The notes under the pieces: model-generated | Seen by the model: the letters and a program-made list of their open reading frames with translations, nothing else | What the model was told of the DNA's origin: nothing | Databases searched by the model: none | Made by a program: the position numbers and the translations under genes | From: Octopus sinensis | Lineage: Eukaryota | Reading direction: 5' to 3' | DNA: 64,000 bases | NCBI RefSeq assembly: GCF_006345805.1 | Contig: NC_042998.1 | Coordinates: forward strand, 145,948,001-146,012,000 | In this document: positions 30,741 to 43,001 of the stretch, in pieces | Position numbering within the stretch: the stretch's first letter is position 1 | How the letters are laid out: each line of letters begins with the position of its first letter

Positions 30741-31826
30741 TTTAAAATTATATTGAAGGACCACAAAGGAATACACGGAAAATCTCACACAAGACGTGAA
30801 CATATTCTTTCCTCGTCAATTATCATCCAAAAATCATAACAATTTCGTGCCGTTAACTATGAGGTTGTTCATTTTGGTAGCATTAACAGCAAAAATCTCT
30901 TCGGAATAAATGAGCGAACGTAGAGGACAGTGGCAAAAACAAACAAGCGATAAACGATTACAGAATAAGACAAAACGGGAAATGACAAAGGCCTTATGGC
31001 TATGGTACAACATTGAGACAACACATGTGTTGAGGATTCATAGAATCGTATAGCTATCTCAGAAAGCTGCTCTAGCAGACTCGGTGAACATACCACATAG
31101 TAATCCAATACTGAGTAGTACAATGCAGAGTTCCACGCAGCTGAAAACCAGAAGATCCGATTGATGAAATTATTTCAAGAAATGGCCGAAATCCTAAGGA
31201 TGACAAGTTGTTAAATAACTATTTTCACTTCTTATACCTCCTGACATTTTATAGATTTTGTGTAAGAGGGTGTAAGAGGGTAAATATTGTCAATCGTGTT
31301 CTGTAAGTAAATCATTATGACCCACTCCCTTCTTTCTCTTACTCTTTATTTCAGTATGCGTATATTTCTGCCCGTTAGTGTGTGTTCGCTTCCAGTGCCA
31401 AAAAGTAGTGTCATCAAATTAGGGTGAATGTCCAGTCAGCCGTGCCAAATCGTCTCCATTCAAACAGCTGCGCCCAACAGTCTCACTCCACTGTGACTCA
31501 TTTATTACACGAAGTATTTTTCTTCAACACTTATTCTAGTGTAACCTAATGTAAATTACTGAAATAAATATATATTGCTCCATCTTGTTATGTAAATCAA
31601 ACTCAATGAAGACACCTCCAAGTTTAAGTACCTCATTTCAAAGTCAAAATTAATATTCTTGCGAGTGCAATAAACAGAACTGTTAAAGCGAACATTGGTG
31701 AATTTATCGCCAGTTTTCATTATGGGTTATGCCAAAATCGATAAACTTGGTAATCCCTTAAATCGTATCATAGCTTAAGTCATCAAAGCAATTAACAGCT
31801 TTAACTAGCTGGACATATTACATATA

Positions 31827-31883
<57 letters not shown>

Positions 31884-32369
31884 ATATATATACACACACA
31901 CATACATACATACATACATACATACATACATACATACATACATACATACATACATACATACATACATACGATACATACATACATACGATAAACTCCACCA
32001 AGTAGTAATAAAGAAATTTAATGAGCAGTGGCCACGTGTTTAAAGCCGATTGGTTGGCGTTGTGTGAGTCTAATCCCTGCTGTATCAGTCACATCACAAT
32101 TTACATCAACATCTTGCTTTATGACTTTCGTAACAAAGCCATACATTTTCGGGGCGGAGTTGAATGAAATTAATTTATCTCCAGCATTTGGTTGGTGCAT
32201 ATTTATCGATACCCTAGTACAATAAAAACAAATGTCTACCCTAGTAGGATTTGAACTCACAAAATAAAAGAACGTGATTTATTATTGCGAGGCAATCTAC
32301 TATGTCTACGAACAACATCTTTATGCAACTTACGCCATGAATTCTTGCAGAATTACTAAATAACCTTTA

Positions 32370-32610
32370 TGCTTCTCATCTGGAAACCTTTACATTTACA
32401 TCTGGTGATCTTTACGTTTCCTATTTGGGTACATCTACGTTTTCCGTCAGCTGACCTTTACGCTTCACATCTGGTGATCTTTATGCTGCCTATCAGGTGA
32501 CCTTTACGTTTCCTATTCGGTCACATCTGGTGACATTTGCATTTCTTATCAGCTGATTTTTACTTTTCACATCTGATGACCTTTACATTATCTATCAGGT
32601 TACCTTTACA
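32370..32610. repeat. Degenerate minisatellite, unit about 21-24 bp (CACATCTGGTGACCTTTACGTTTC)
   Basis: About 10 diverged repeats seen directly. Confidence 0.75.
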
Positions 32611-32779
32611 TTGTTAGTGTTGGTCAACACCAGGTCGGCTGTTAAGTTGTTGACTAAGGGAGATGTGGCTGCTATTTTTAGCATGTCAAGTGATCATGTA
32701 GAGGCTCTCTACTTGACTCAACACATACGCACATAAAAACGACAGGGTGTCGCGAAAGGCCTGCTGGAGGTCCAACCTT

Positions 32780-32935
32780 CCCAGTTATTTTATAGGTCTT
32801 AGAAAGGCTGAAGGACCACTGCAATAAGTATGTGAATCTGAAAGGGAAATACGTTGAATAAAATCATAATCAATTGATCCTCTGAGTAAATTTTCCTTTG
32901 CCCAAAGCCAGGAACTTTTCAGCGTCCCTTCATGC
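32780..32935 (+). mobile_element. Mariner 3'-end relic
   Basis: HCNKYVNLKGKYVE* resembles the mariner C-terminus (RWxKCV.L.G.YVE) and is followed by the TIR-like CCAGGAACTTTTCAGCGTCCCTTCATG. Confidence 0.65.
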
Positions 32936-34661
32936 ATATATAAATAGAAAGAGATGAAAATAAAGAGAAACGGAGGAATAAAGCGAGGAACAGGGAGGGC
33001 AAAGACAGGCAGACAGACAGACAGACAGACATAGACAGATAGATAAATAGACAGACTAGGGGTAATTTAATTGACTATCCAGCTCTAAATATAAATGTGT
33101 GGCCTTGCACCAAAAGTTGGAGATTATTAAAATTGGTGATGTGGTGTCGAGAATACGGAAAATAGATAATGGAACTCATGGACCAGGACAAAAAGCTTCG
33201 TTGTTACCTGTGCTAGTGAACCACCCCACTGTCAATAATTTTTCTAGTGCCACATGAAGCGAAGTATAGAGGGGTGGTTTAGATAACCTATCCAAGGAAA
33301 TATTGTTGCACTTTCAGAGAGTAATGCTGCCAACAAAACCACATGCATTGGTTATGTTTCACTTCGGCTTTATTATCAATTGGATAATTAACAAAATGAT
33401 TAATTGGTTCATCAATTAGTCCTTCAAAGTCCTTTCGTCACAGACTCTGACCTTATCACAAGTTCTGTGAGACGGACAGTAAGCATGCAATAAATGCTGA
33501 GGTGAAAAGATACTTGAGGAACGCACGGACATTGATAAGATCACAGATAGCGAAACTGCTAGGTTACTGGGACGTAAACAAATCAATACCGGTTGTTAAG
33601 CGATGGTGGGGACAAATATATATTTATACCGAGCTTCCATGCAGTTTCCGTCTACCAAATTTACTCACAAAACATTGGTTGACCCAGGTTTATAATAGAA
33701 GAAACTTGCCTATGGTACCGCGCCGTGGGACTGAACCTAAAAACACGAGACTGCAAAGCGAGCTTCTTAACCACACAGCCATGCCTGCACCTGTAATTTT
33801 AATGTCTTGCATAATCAGACCTTAACCCGGATAACGATAACAAATTTTCAAATATATTCCAGTAATATAATGAATGTGTCGAATCGGCATATTCATTATG
33901 TTCCGGCACTACAAAATTTGTTATATGATGAAGAAAAAATATTTATTTCGTTGACATCATGGTTTCGGGTTCAATCCCCACTGCATGGTACTTTGGGCAA
34001 TTATCTTTTGCTATAGCCTCGGGCTAACCAAAGTCGTGTGGGGTGATTTGGTAAATGGAAACTGAAAGAAGCCCGTCATATATATATATGTATATGTATA
34101 CATATATATGTGTGCGTGTGTGTGTGTGTCTGTATGTCTTTGTGCCCGTGTTTGTCCCCCACCACCGCCTGACAACTGGTGTTGGTGTGTTTATGTCCCA
34201 TAACTTAACGGTTCGACAAAATAGCCCGCTAGAATAAGTACCAGGCTTAGTAAAAATTATTAAATACTGGGGTTGATTCATTCAACTAAAAATTCTTCAA
34301 GGTGGTGCCCCAACATGGCCGCAGTCTAATGACTGAAACAAGTAAAAAGTAAAAGATGAAAGATAAATCATAAGAATTTTAGTAAATTTTCGTGAGAACG
34401 TGAATTTTTTTCTTTGAATAATTGATCTCGAAGCACATAAAGCTATACATAATAGTATGTAAATATTGGATGAAAAACTCCTTTTGAATAGAAAATGTTC
34501 CACAGGCAGCCTTCGACTTTTTCTATCCGTATGGGATTTCCAACCCAATAGTTACTTATTTATAGCTTTATGTGCTTCGAGATCCACTGTTAGAAAAAAT
34601 TATTTATTCTTTTATTCACTTACTTGAGGAAATATGAAACCCATGTCCTCTTTGGGTGTGT

Positions 34662-34711
<50 letters not shown>

Positions 34712-34969
34712 CGTGCGCTTGTGTGTCTGTGTGTATGCATGTGTATGTGTGTGCGTGTGTGAGTCAGTGTTTGTTTGTGTGCGTATGTGTGTGTATGTGT
34801 GTGATATGGGAATACGTGAAGAGACGAAGAATCACGTGTTCTATGAAACAAACTTGGATGCAAAGATACACGGTGATCAAACGGTATAAAACCGATCGCC
34901 TAATCGATATTCGTTATTTCTCTGATGTCACTAACATATTTCAAACACAAATCTCTTTCTCCTTCTCTC

Positions 34970-35001
<32 letters not shown>

Positions 35002-35846
35002 CCTTTCTCTCTCTCTCCTACTCTATTCCCCTCCCTCTCCTCTTCTCTTTCTCTATCTCATCATCATTTCTCCTTTTCTCTCTCCCTCTCTCCCTCATCT
35101 CTCTCATCTTCTCTGATCTAATCTCCTCTACCAAAGGTCACCACCTGTCAACTCTCTTTATCACTATAGTTGTTGACACCATTAACATCTTTATCTGATG
35201 CCACGGAGATATAAAGTGAGGTCACACTAGTTGACATCCTAACACGACACACTTAGCTCGCATTCCTAACTCCGGTCACTGAGGTGATAGGCTGATCAGC
35301 GTTAAATTGAACTTAATCACGAGTGAATCAAACAGCCTATTTTCGCGCATTACAATTTAGACAACTTCATTGAGTCATGGAACAATTTTCAAATTAATAT
35401 TCATCATTGCCACCCATCCCATCCATCTCTCTGTCGAGAAATGGATGATTGGGACTGGCATTATTGTGTGAATAGCAAGTCCGATATGCAACCAAGTGGC
35501 TCGTGGTTCGGATCCGCTGCGCAGTACTTTAGAACTAAATGTGTATGCGTGTGTGTATGTGTGTGTGTGTGTGTGGTGTGTGTTGTATCTGTGTCTGTGT
35601 GTCTGTGTCTGTGTGTTTGTGCGTGTGTGCGTGTGTGTACGCTCGCGCGTATTTATGTGCTTGTTCTTGTCCCCACGTCACCACTTGACAACCGGTGTTG
35701 GTTGCTTTACGAACCCATTTATAGCGCTTCGACAGAAAAATTTAAAAAAAGGTTAAATAAGTATCAAACTTTAAAATAAATACTGGGCAGTGGCCCAGCA
35801 TGACTGCAATCCAGTAACTGAAACTAGTAAAAGATTATATATACGT

Positions 35847-35927
<81 letters not shown>

Positions 35928-36048
35928 GATATATATATATATACCGGAGTAAAACATAAATGTGAAACAAGGTGGAAAGAAAAGAGTACTCAAATACCAG
36001 TGGTAGAGTAATATGCTTTATTTAAAGCAGCAGAAAATTCAACAAAAC

Positions 36049-36086
36049 CTGTTACTCTGAGTTTCACGTTGCCGTTCATCGGACAG
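36049..36086 (-). ncRNA. Minimal type I hammerhead
   Basis: CUGU-CCGAUGA-ACG(GCAA)CGU-GAAA-CU(CAG)AGUA^ACAG; stem I extends AAAA/UUUU past a bulged G. Confidence 0.75.
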
Positions 36087-36240
36087 TTTTTGCTAGAATA
36101 GAACCGATATGTCAATTCTATCCAGACTAGTATAAACGCTACACCTTTAAAAAATGGACTTGTTTGATTGGTCCTTTACAAATAACGGTCAATTTTCAAG
36201 ACTACACACATTTATTTCTCTCCTTGTTTTTTTCTGTGTA

Positions 36241-36278
36241 TCTTTCTGTCGAAGAGCGTAGGCTCGAAACGTAAAAGA
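36241..36278 (+). ncRNA. Minimal Penelope-type hammerhead, family B (CUGUNGA core)
   Basis: UCUUU-CUGUCGA-A-GAGC(GUAG)GCUC-GAAACGUA^AAAGA. Related copies: 50403-50440 (+), 22923-22960 (-), 45378-45412 (+), 42220-42252 (+). Confidence 0.7.
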
Positions 36279-36364
36279 CTTTTTCTATTCCTGAGCGCTA
36301 TACTAATACATTTGTTTGTTTGTACTCCACCTGCCTTCGTCTTTTGTTTATTTTCGTAAACTTT

Positions 36365-36451
<87 letters not shown>

Positions 36452-36477
36452 GGATGGATGGATGGATGGATGGATGA

Positions 36478-37417
36478 CCTGGCAGAAAAACTCCTCGTAG
36501 AGTAATCGAATAATGCCAACGATCTTCTGGTGTCGTAGATGTCCCAGATTGTCTGCCTGCCTACGCTGTCAAATGCTTTTTTCAAAGTCGACGAAGCATA
36601 CATAGAGTGACGTTTGCCATTCCACGATGAATCTGAGCGTCGCTCCAATGTCACATCGCCTGCAAGACATGCAAGATAAGGTAGACCACCTGACAGAAAC
36701 TTCAAGGCGAGTGGGCTTGAAGATCAGCCGGGAAAAGACAAAAGTGCTGCGTATCAACAACAAGCAGGAGAGCCAATGCAATCGTCGAGGGGGAAACTGT
36801 GGAGGACGTTAGTGATTTGTCTATCTTGGCAGCAAGATCAGCAATCAGGTGGATCAGACGAGGACATCACGGCACGAAGTAAGAAGACTTGGCAAGCCTC
36901 GCTATTCTCGGTCGGTATGGAAGTCCACTGCCATCTCAACTCGAAATAAACTCCGCTTATTTAGGTCAAACGTAAAATCTGTGCTTTTGTATGGCTCTGA
37001 AACATGGAGAGCCACCTGCAGCAACTGCTACAAGAAGATCCAGAACTTCCTCAACAAATGTCTCCGGTTGATCCTCCATCTGAAGTGGTTCGACAGAGTG
37101 CCAAACACCGACCTGTGGGAAAGGGCAACCAGGAGCCCATACATGTTCAGATTAGACGAAGGAAATGGAGATGAATCGGCCACACACTGCGGAAAGAACC
37201 CTCAAATGTGACACGACAAGCACTTGACTGGAACCCGCCGGGGAAAAGGAGGTGAGGACGCCCGAAGTAGACATGGAAGCGAAGCATTTTGGACGAGCTC
37301 GGGACCACCGGCCTGACATGGGAAGCAGCCAAGAAACACGCCAGTGACCGCAAAGAGTGGAAAACAACTGTTGAGGCTCTATGCTCTACAAGGAGCAAAA
37401 AGGATTAAGAAGAGAAG
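36478..37417 (+). mobile_element. RTE-clade LINE 3' fragment with an inverted 5' segment (36478-36625 on minus)
   Basis: Plus strand: MSHRLQDMQDKV..VGLKISREKTKV, TRNKLRLFRSNVKSVLLYGSETW, FLNKCLRLIL..W, WNPPGKRR*GRPK. Minus strand: SLYVCFVDFEKAFDSV..TIW. Confidence 0.85.
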
Positions 37418-37626
37418 AATATGTATGTATGTATGTATTATGTATACACACACACACACATATAATGTATATAAATATAAACAAACTAGCATTTATTTTT
37501 TATAAACATCGAAATTTGTGTTGCACGATACAAATAAGATGATATTGTTTCGAACGCAGAATTGCCGTTAGAAGAGCAGAAATACTGGGTAAATTAGCCT
37601 TACAAAGCAGAAAAATTTGTCAACAA

Positions 37627-37694
37627 ACAGCCATGGGACTCGAAGCCACATCCTCAAGACTCCGGCAGAGTGCTTTACCGTTAAGCTAAACTGC
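37627..37694 (-). pseudogene. tRNA-like sequence (SINE head or tRNA pseudogene)
   Basis: GCAGTT-TA-GCTT(AACGGTA)AAGC...GTGG(CTTCGAGT)CCCAT-GGCTGT; D-arm is perfect, anticodon arm is degenerate. A similar sequence lies at about 8998-9072 (+). Confidence 0.5.
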
Positions 37695-37989
37695 TCGCTG
37701 GCAAATTTATCCACAAATTTAGACGCTAAATAGCTAAATAAACAACTACGTGTTGTTGACAAATTTCACACAGTTTTATTCTGCCAAATTCATTCACACA
37801 CAAGGCCTCAGTTAGCCTGGGGATATAGTAGAAGCCAATAGATCAAGGTGGAGTGGGAGAGAACCCGAAACCTCATGTCTGAAACGCGACCTCCTTAACC
37901 ACACAACCATTTTTTTTTTACTTTTTCTTCTCCTTTAACATGGTGAAGCAACACCACTTACACAGTAAGTATTGTTACCCTAGTACCTA

Positions 37990-38500
37990 ACTTTGGTGAA
38001 TGACGAAGTGTGATGCCGTTGCTCTCTACGACGTTGGTTTGTCTGGAATTGCAGATAATCGAGTATCAAAGTGCTTTCTGAATTCATCTTTCTCCACATG
38101 TAGATTTCACAGTTTCTTTAGCAAAATATTAAAAAGCTGTGGGCTTTTGAACTTTAGGCTGCTGCAGTATGTAGCTTTGATTTGTGATAAGGAAGGCAGA
38201 ATCTTTGGGACAAAGCAGTACAACCAGCTCGAGGATTAATTCGTAGTGACAATCGAGGATTACGAGTACTTCAAGGATCTTCAACCTATAAATCACAGCA
38301 TATCTTCACCCATCTTCCGTCAAAAAGTTTTTAGTACGTCCAACCTCTTCCAGTAGCTTAGCTTTGGCACTGATTCGATCTTCGTGAGACATCGTTGGAT
38401 TGTTTCTAGATCTGCTGGTAGCTTAAAACTATTTGGTGAACATCGTTGTGAGCAGCACTCCAGATGGTTGAGGACACAAATATTTTCACATAGCAACATG
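37990..38500 (-). mobile_element. Old, degraded CR1-type LINE 3' fragment, related to the 51-54 kb element
   Basis: Minus-strand translation gives LETIQR..TKIES...LSYWKRLD, RYAVIY..KILE, CSSLKFKSPQLFNIL, FRKHFD..LSAIPDKP, collinear with the C-terminus of ORF 51373-52833. Confidence 0.8.
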
Positions 38501-39104
38501 GTTTTTCACTCTCTCTATCGTGTGTGTTATATATATAATTATATATATTTTTCTTTTCTCTATAATATAGAGAGAGAGAGAGAAGAGAGAGAGAGAGATG
38601 AGAGAGAGAGAGAAGAAAATAGTTATAAAGTGAAAAAAACTACAGAAGGCTTGTTTTAAATGTTAAAAAAATATATATTTTAGTCAATATGTTGAAGAAT
38701 ATTATAAGCTGGTTTTTTCATTTACAATGACATGTAATTTAGAAGGAATGACCGGTTTAGCGTTTAGGTTTTCAAAATTTCTTATACATACATAAACATA
38801 CATACACTACAGACATACCATACATACATACATTACAAAACAATACATACATACATACATACACACATATATATATATATAGTCATAGATAGATATATAG
38901 GACATATAGACATGCAAGTATATATTATCTCTTATATAATCCTTATAAAAACTGAAATGCGTTTTTACCGCTTGGATCGCTTTCACGGCCACTACATTCC
39001 GCCCGATTCACTCCACAAAATTTACAGGGACATGTAAAATGAGGTGGACGATGCCAGGGGCTACCTTAGAAATCCCTATCTTAAAAGGTTGTCGTTGCTA
39101 GGGC

Positions 39105-39428
39105 CAAAAACCCACTTTGACAAGTCCACTCCGTTCTTAATGTATCTGTCTTCCTCAACTCACTCTCGCTATTTCCTCTCTTCACAGCACTTTTTCACTC
39201 ACTCTGTTTCCTACCTTCCCATCACTTCGGCGTTCTTTTATGTATCTGTCTGCATTCGTAGAGAGACAAAAACCCACTTTGACAAGTCCACTCCCGTTCT
39301 TTAATGTATCTGTCTTCCTCAACTCACTCTCGCTATTTCCTCTCTTCCCAGCACTTTTTCACTCACTCTGTTTCCTACCTTCATATCACTTCGGCGTTCT
39401 TTTATGTATCTGTCTGCATTCATAGAGA
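39105..39428. repeat. Tandem duplication, 2 x 162 bp
   Basis: CAAAAACCCACTTTGACAAGTCCACTCC starts at 39105 and 39267; the copies are near-identical. Confidence 0.9.
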
Positions 39429-39893
39429 GAATTATCATCGCCACCAACAACACGCGAGGATGAGAACAAATATTATGAATCAGATATTTCTTGCGTTCAT
39501 TTATATGTGTGTGTGTGTGTGTGTTCTATATATAAATATGTATATATAATGTATGTGTGTGTGTGTGTTCTATATATAAATATGTATATATAATGTACAG
39601 TATATATACAAAGCGTATACATCTGTATTTATGTATATTAAACTTTTTAATACTTTTTCATAGTTATATATATTTTTAAACAAATTTAAATATAATTTAA
39701 TAATTTTTATTTTAAATTTAAATAATTTAAATTTTTCAATTTTATATTTTATATATTTATATATTATATTTGTTATTTTTATGTTTTGTTTTCGTTTTTC
39801 ACTGTTTGATTTGCCTATTAGTGGTTTTATCTCTAATTTAATTTATACATATATATATATATAATTTGTATACATTTGTATATATAATGCGTG

Positions 39894-39935
<42 letters not shown>

Positions 39936-40762
39936 ATATATATATATATATAATGTGTGCATTATGTGGTCTGTCGGTTCAACTGAAAATATGCACACCT
40001 ACGTTAAAAGTGCTGGCAAGTTTGCATGAGAACTGTTTTTTTCCTAAAATGAAAAGCGTCACCTCTAGGACAAAATTCCTCATCTTATAAAATGTGGCCC
40101 CCGTAGACCCGAATGAAATCGGGTTATATTAACCAAAATGTGAAAGGGGGTCTAAATGGGGCTGGAAAGGGATTAAAATTAAAGGAGCGAGTGTTAGGAA
40201 TTCTTGTTACATCAAGCTAAAAATTTACGCCAGCCTTTTTAATCGTCAATGTGTTGCCGTCCATGATGAAGAAGTTTTGAATGCTTGCCATGGTGAGTCT
40301 ACTGTCGTGAGAAAGAATCACTTCAAAAACTTGGTTGTACGAATTTCTTTACATCAAGTTCAAAAATTTTACGCCAGCCGTTTAAACTGTCAATACGTTG
40401 CTGCCGTCGTTAAGAAAAGGCCAGCCAGGTGACTCTACTATCCTCAGATTCTATCCTTCAAACTTTGGTTTCCAATATTTTATTATTTTTATCAGCAAGT
40501 TTGTCTGTCCTTTTAAATGTTAGTTTTGCTGTTTGCCTTGAGTAGACCTTTCCGTTGTTACTGCCTGATATTTATGGTTGATCTTCTAAAGATTTTATTC
40601 TCAACTTACTCAAGGTCTTTTGTTGTTTATAAATGGGAGAGAGATAGATAAAGATTGGAGAGATAAGAGAAGAAAGCGAGGGAGAGTCCGAGAGAAAAGA
40701 AAAGAGTAAGAGAGTGGGGAAAGGAGAGAGAAAGGAGGAGAGAAACAAAGAGGGAGAGGAGA

Positions 40763-41140
40763 ATCATCATCATCATATCGTTTAACGTCCGTTTTCCGTG
40801 CTAGCACGAGTTAGACAGTTTGATCGGGGTCTGGGAAGCCAGGAGGCTGCACCAGGCTCCTGTTCGATCTGGCAGTGTTTCTACAGGTGGATGACCTTCC
40901 TAACGCCAACTCTCTGTGAGTGTAGTGGGTGCTTTTTTCGTGCCGCCGGCACAGGTGCCAGGGGAGATCGCAGCTGTCACGATCGGTTGGTGCTTCTTAC
41001 GTGCCACCGGCACAGAAGACAGTCAAGGCGGCGCTGCAATCGGCCACGTTCGGATGGTGCTTTTTACGTGCTGAAAGGAAGCAACAGAAAGTAACAACCA
41101 CACTCTTACCCGCGCGTAGAGCGGGTCACCTTCAGCTAGT
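40763..41140 (-). mobile_element. Repeat with a (GAT)n tail (LINE-3'-like or SINE); related copies at about 58380-58580, 59000-59100, 61020-61400, 61800-61930
   Basis: Shared ..CATCATCATC..GTTTAACGTCC.(T)TTTCC.TGCT.GCA.G and CCTTCCTAAC.CCAA motifs. Confidence 0.6.
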
Positions 41141-41315
41141 ATATATATATAGTGACGCATATTTGCCATTTGAATATGGCTAACCCCTAAGGGTGGATGC
41201 TACTGTAGTTTGTAGCCCCAGGAAGATATCTTCTCCAGCTGGCTATAGACGCACTATCTGTGTCCTCTCAGTATTTGTGAAGGGGAGTCATCCTCCCCGC
41301 CTTCAACTCATGATA

Positions 41316-41360
41316 CACACGGACCCGAGTTTCAAGGTGTTTACCTTTCATCAACGTGTG
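41316..41360 (-). ncRNA. Type I hammerhead ribozyme, second copy (C3U)
   Basis: CACACG-UUGAUGA-AAGGU(AAAC)ACCUU-GAAA-C(UCGG)GUC^CGUGUG; 6-bp stem I; core C3 reads U. Confidence 0.8.
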
Positions 41361-41796
41361 ACAATCATGGTTGTCGACGAGAAGTCAGCTCCCTTCACAA
41401 ATACATATACTTTTTCCAGTGTCGATTGACACTGATATTGAAAAAGTGAAATCAAACAATGATAAATCTCAGAGCGAGTTATAAACAGTAGCGGTAACAC
41501 ATCGTGACGCATATTTGCCATTTGAATATGGCTAACCCCTAAGGGTGGATGCTACTGTAGTTGTAGCCCCAGGAAGATATCTCCTCCAGCTGGCTATAGA
41601 CCAGTAGCATCCACCCTTAGGGGTTAGACCATATTCAAATGGCAAATATGCGTCACGATGTGTTACCGCTACTGTTATAACTCGCTCTGAGATTTATCAT
41701 TGTTTGATTTCACTTTTTCAATATCAGTGTCAATCGACACTGGAAAAGTATATGTATTGTGAAGGGAGCTGACTTCTCGTCGACAACCATGATTGT

Positions 41797-41837
41797 CACG
41801 CTGATGAAAGGTAAACACCTTGAAACTCGGGTCCGTG
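41797..41837 (+). ncRNA. Type I hammerhead ribozyme, canonical core
   Basis: CACG-CUGAUGA-AAGGU(AAAC)ACCUU-GAAA-C(UCGG)GUC^CGUG; predicted cleavage after C41833. Confidence 0.9.
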
Positions 41838-42049
41838 TGATGTCATGAGTGAGGCGGGGAGGATGACTCCCCTTCACAAATACTGAGAGGACACAGATAG
41901 TGCGTCTATAGCCAGCTGGAGAAGATATCTTCCTGGGGCTACAAACTACAGTAGCATCCACCCTTAGGGGTTAGCATATTCAAATGGCAAATATGTGTCA
42001 CGATGTGTTACCGCTACTGTTTATAACTCGCTCTGAGATTTATCATTGT

Positions 42050-42080
<31 letters not shown>

Positions 42081-42123
42081 ATATATATACATATATATGT
42101 GTGTGTGTGTGTGTGTGTGGTGT

Positions 42124-42154
<31 letters not shown>

Positions 42155-42373
42155 ATGTATGTATGTTTATGTGTCTGTTGGCGATTTCTTTTCCTTCTTT
42201 CGATTTTTTCCCTTTCTCCTTTCCGACGAAGAGCTTTGCTCGAAACGTGAAACTGTCTCTTTTCACCTTGTGCACGTCCTCTTGTTGTCCGTTGATTTTA
42301 TTATTCGTTTGTTTGTTTGTTTTTTTAATTTATTGTTTATTTGAATTGACTGTGTGTGTGTGTGTGTGTGGTG

Positions 42374-42446
<73 letters not shown>

Positions 42447-42711
42447 GAGGTCTTGGTGGGGTATAAAGATAGCGTATTTCCAAAGAAGCGCTCGACCCAA
42501 GTTCTGAGCTATCAACACTGTCGGATTTCCAGACGAATACCGAAATTCTTCAAGTATAGAAAATCCTGGTTTCGCAACGGTAAAACCGTTGTGTATGTGT
42601 GTGTGTGACGACAAGTAAAATATAATCCAAGTAATAAGAGAAAGAAATACTTTGACACATCTTTAATGATTAGTTACAATTGTTTCTGTACCCAACTCTG
42701 CTTGCAACGCC

Positions 42712-42798
<87 letters not shown>

Positions 42799-42848
42799 TG
42801 CGCCTTTAGCTCTTTTGAAATTCAATTCTCACTCTCTATATATATCTC

Positions 42849-42905
<57 letters not shown>

Positions 42906-42955
42906 CCCTCTCTATCTCTATCTCTCTCTATCTCTCTAACTCTCTCTCTCACTCT

Positions 42956-43001
<46 letters not shown>

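Larger units (their letters stand above)
41152..42050. mobile_element. Retrozyme-like tandem repeat (unit about 352 bp) in two inverted arms: 41152-41601 and 41602-42050
   Basis: GTGACGCATATTTGCC recurs at 41152 and 41504 (period 352). The right arm is the reverse complement (CAGTAGCATCC at 41602 and 41949). Each arm has one hammerhead, and (TA)n flanks both ends. Confidence 0.85.

Noticed and set aside
41193-41961. Duplicated 78-83 aa ORFs MDATVVCSPRK... on both strands
   Set aside because: They result from the inverted retrozyme arms, diverge by frameshift and show no protein motif.
42520-42595. Minus-strand GAAACCAGG...UUGAAGA-AUUUC/GAAAU, resembling the B-then-A order
   Set aside because: No complementary C strand nearby and C3 is altered; not supportable.
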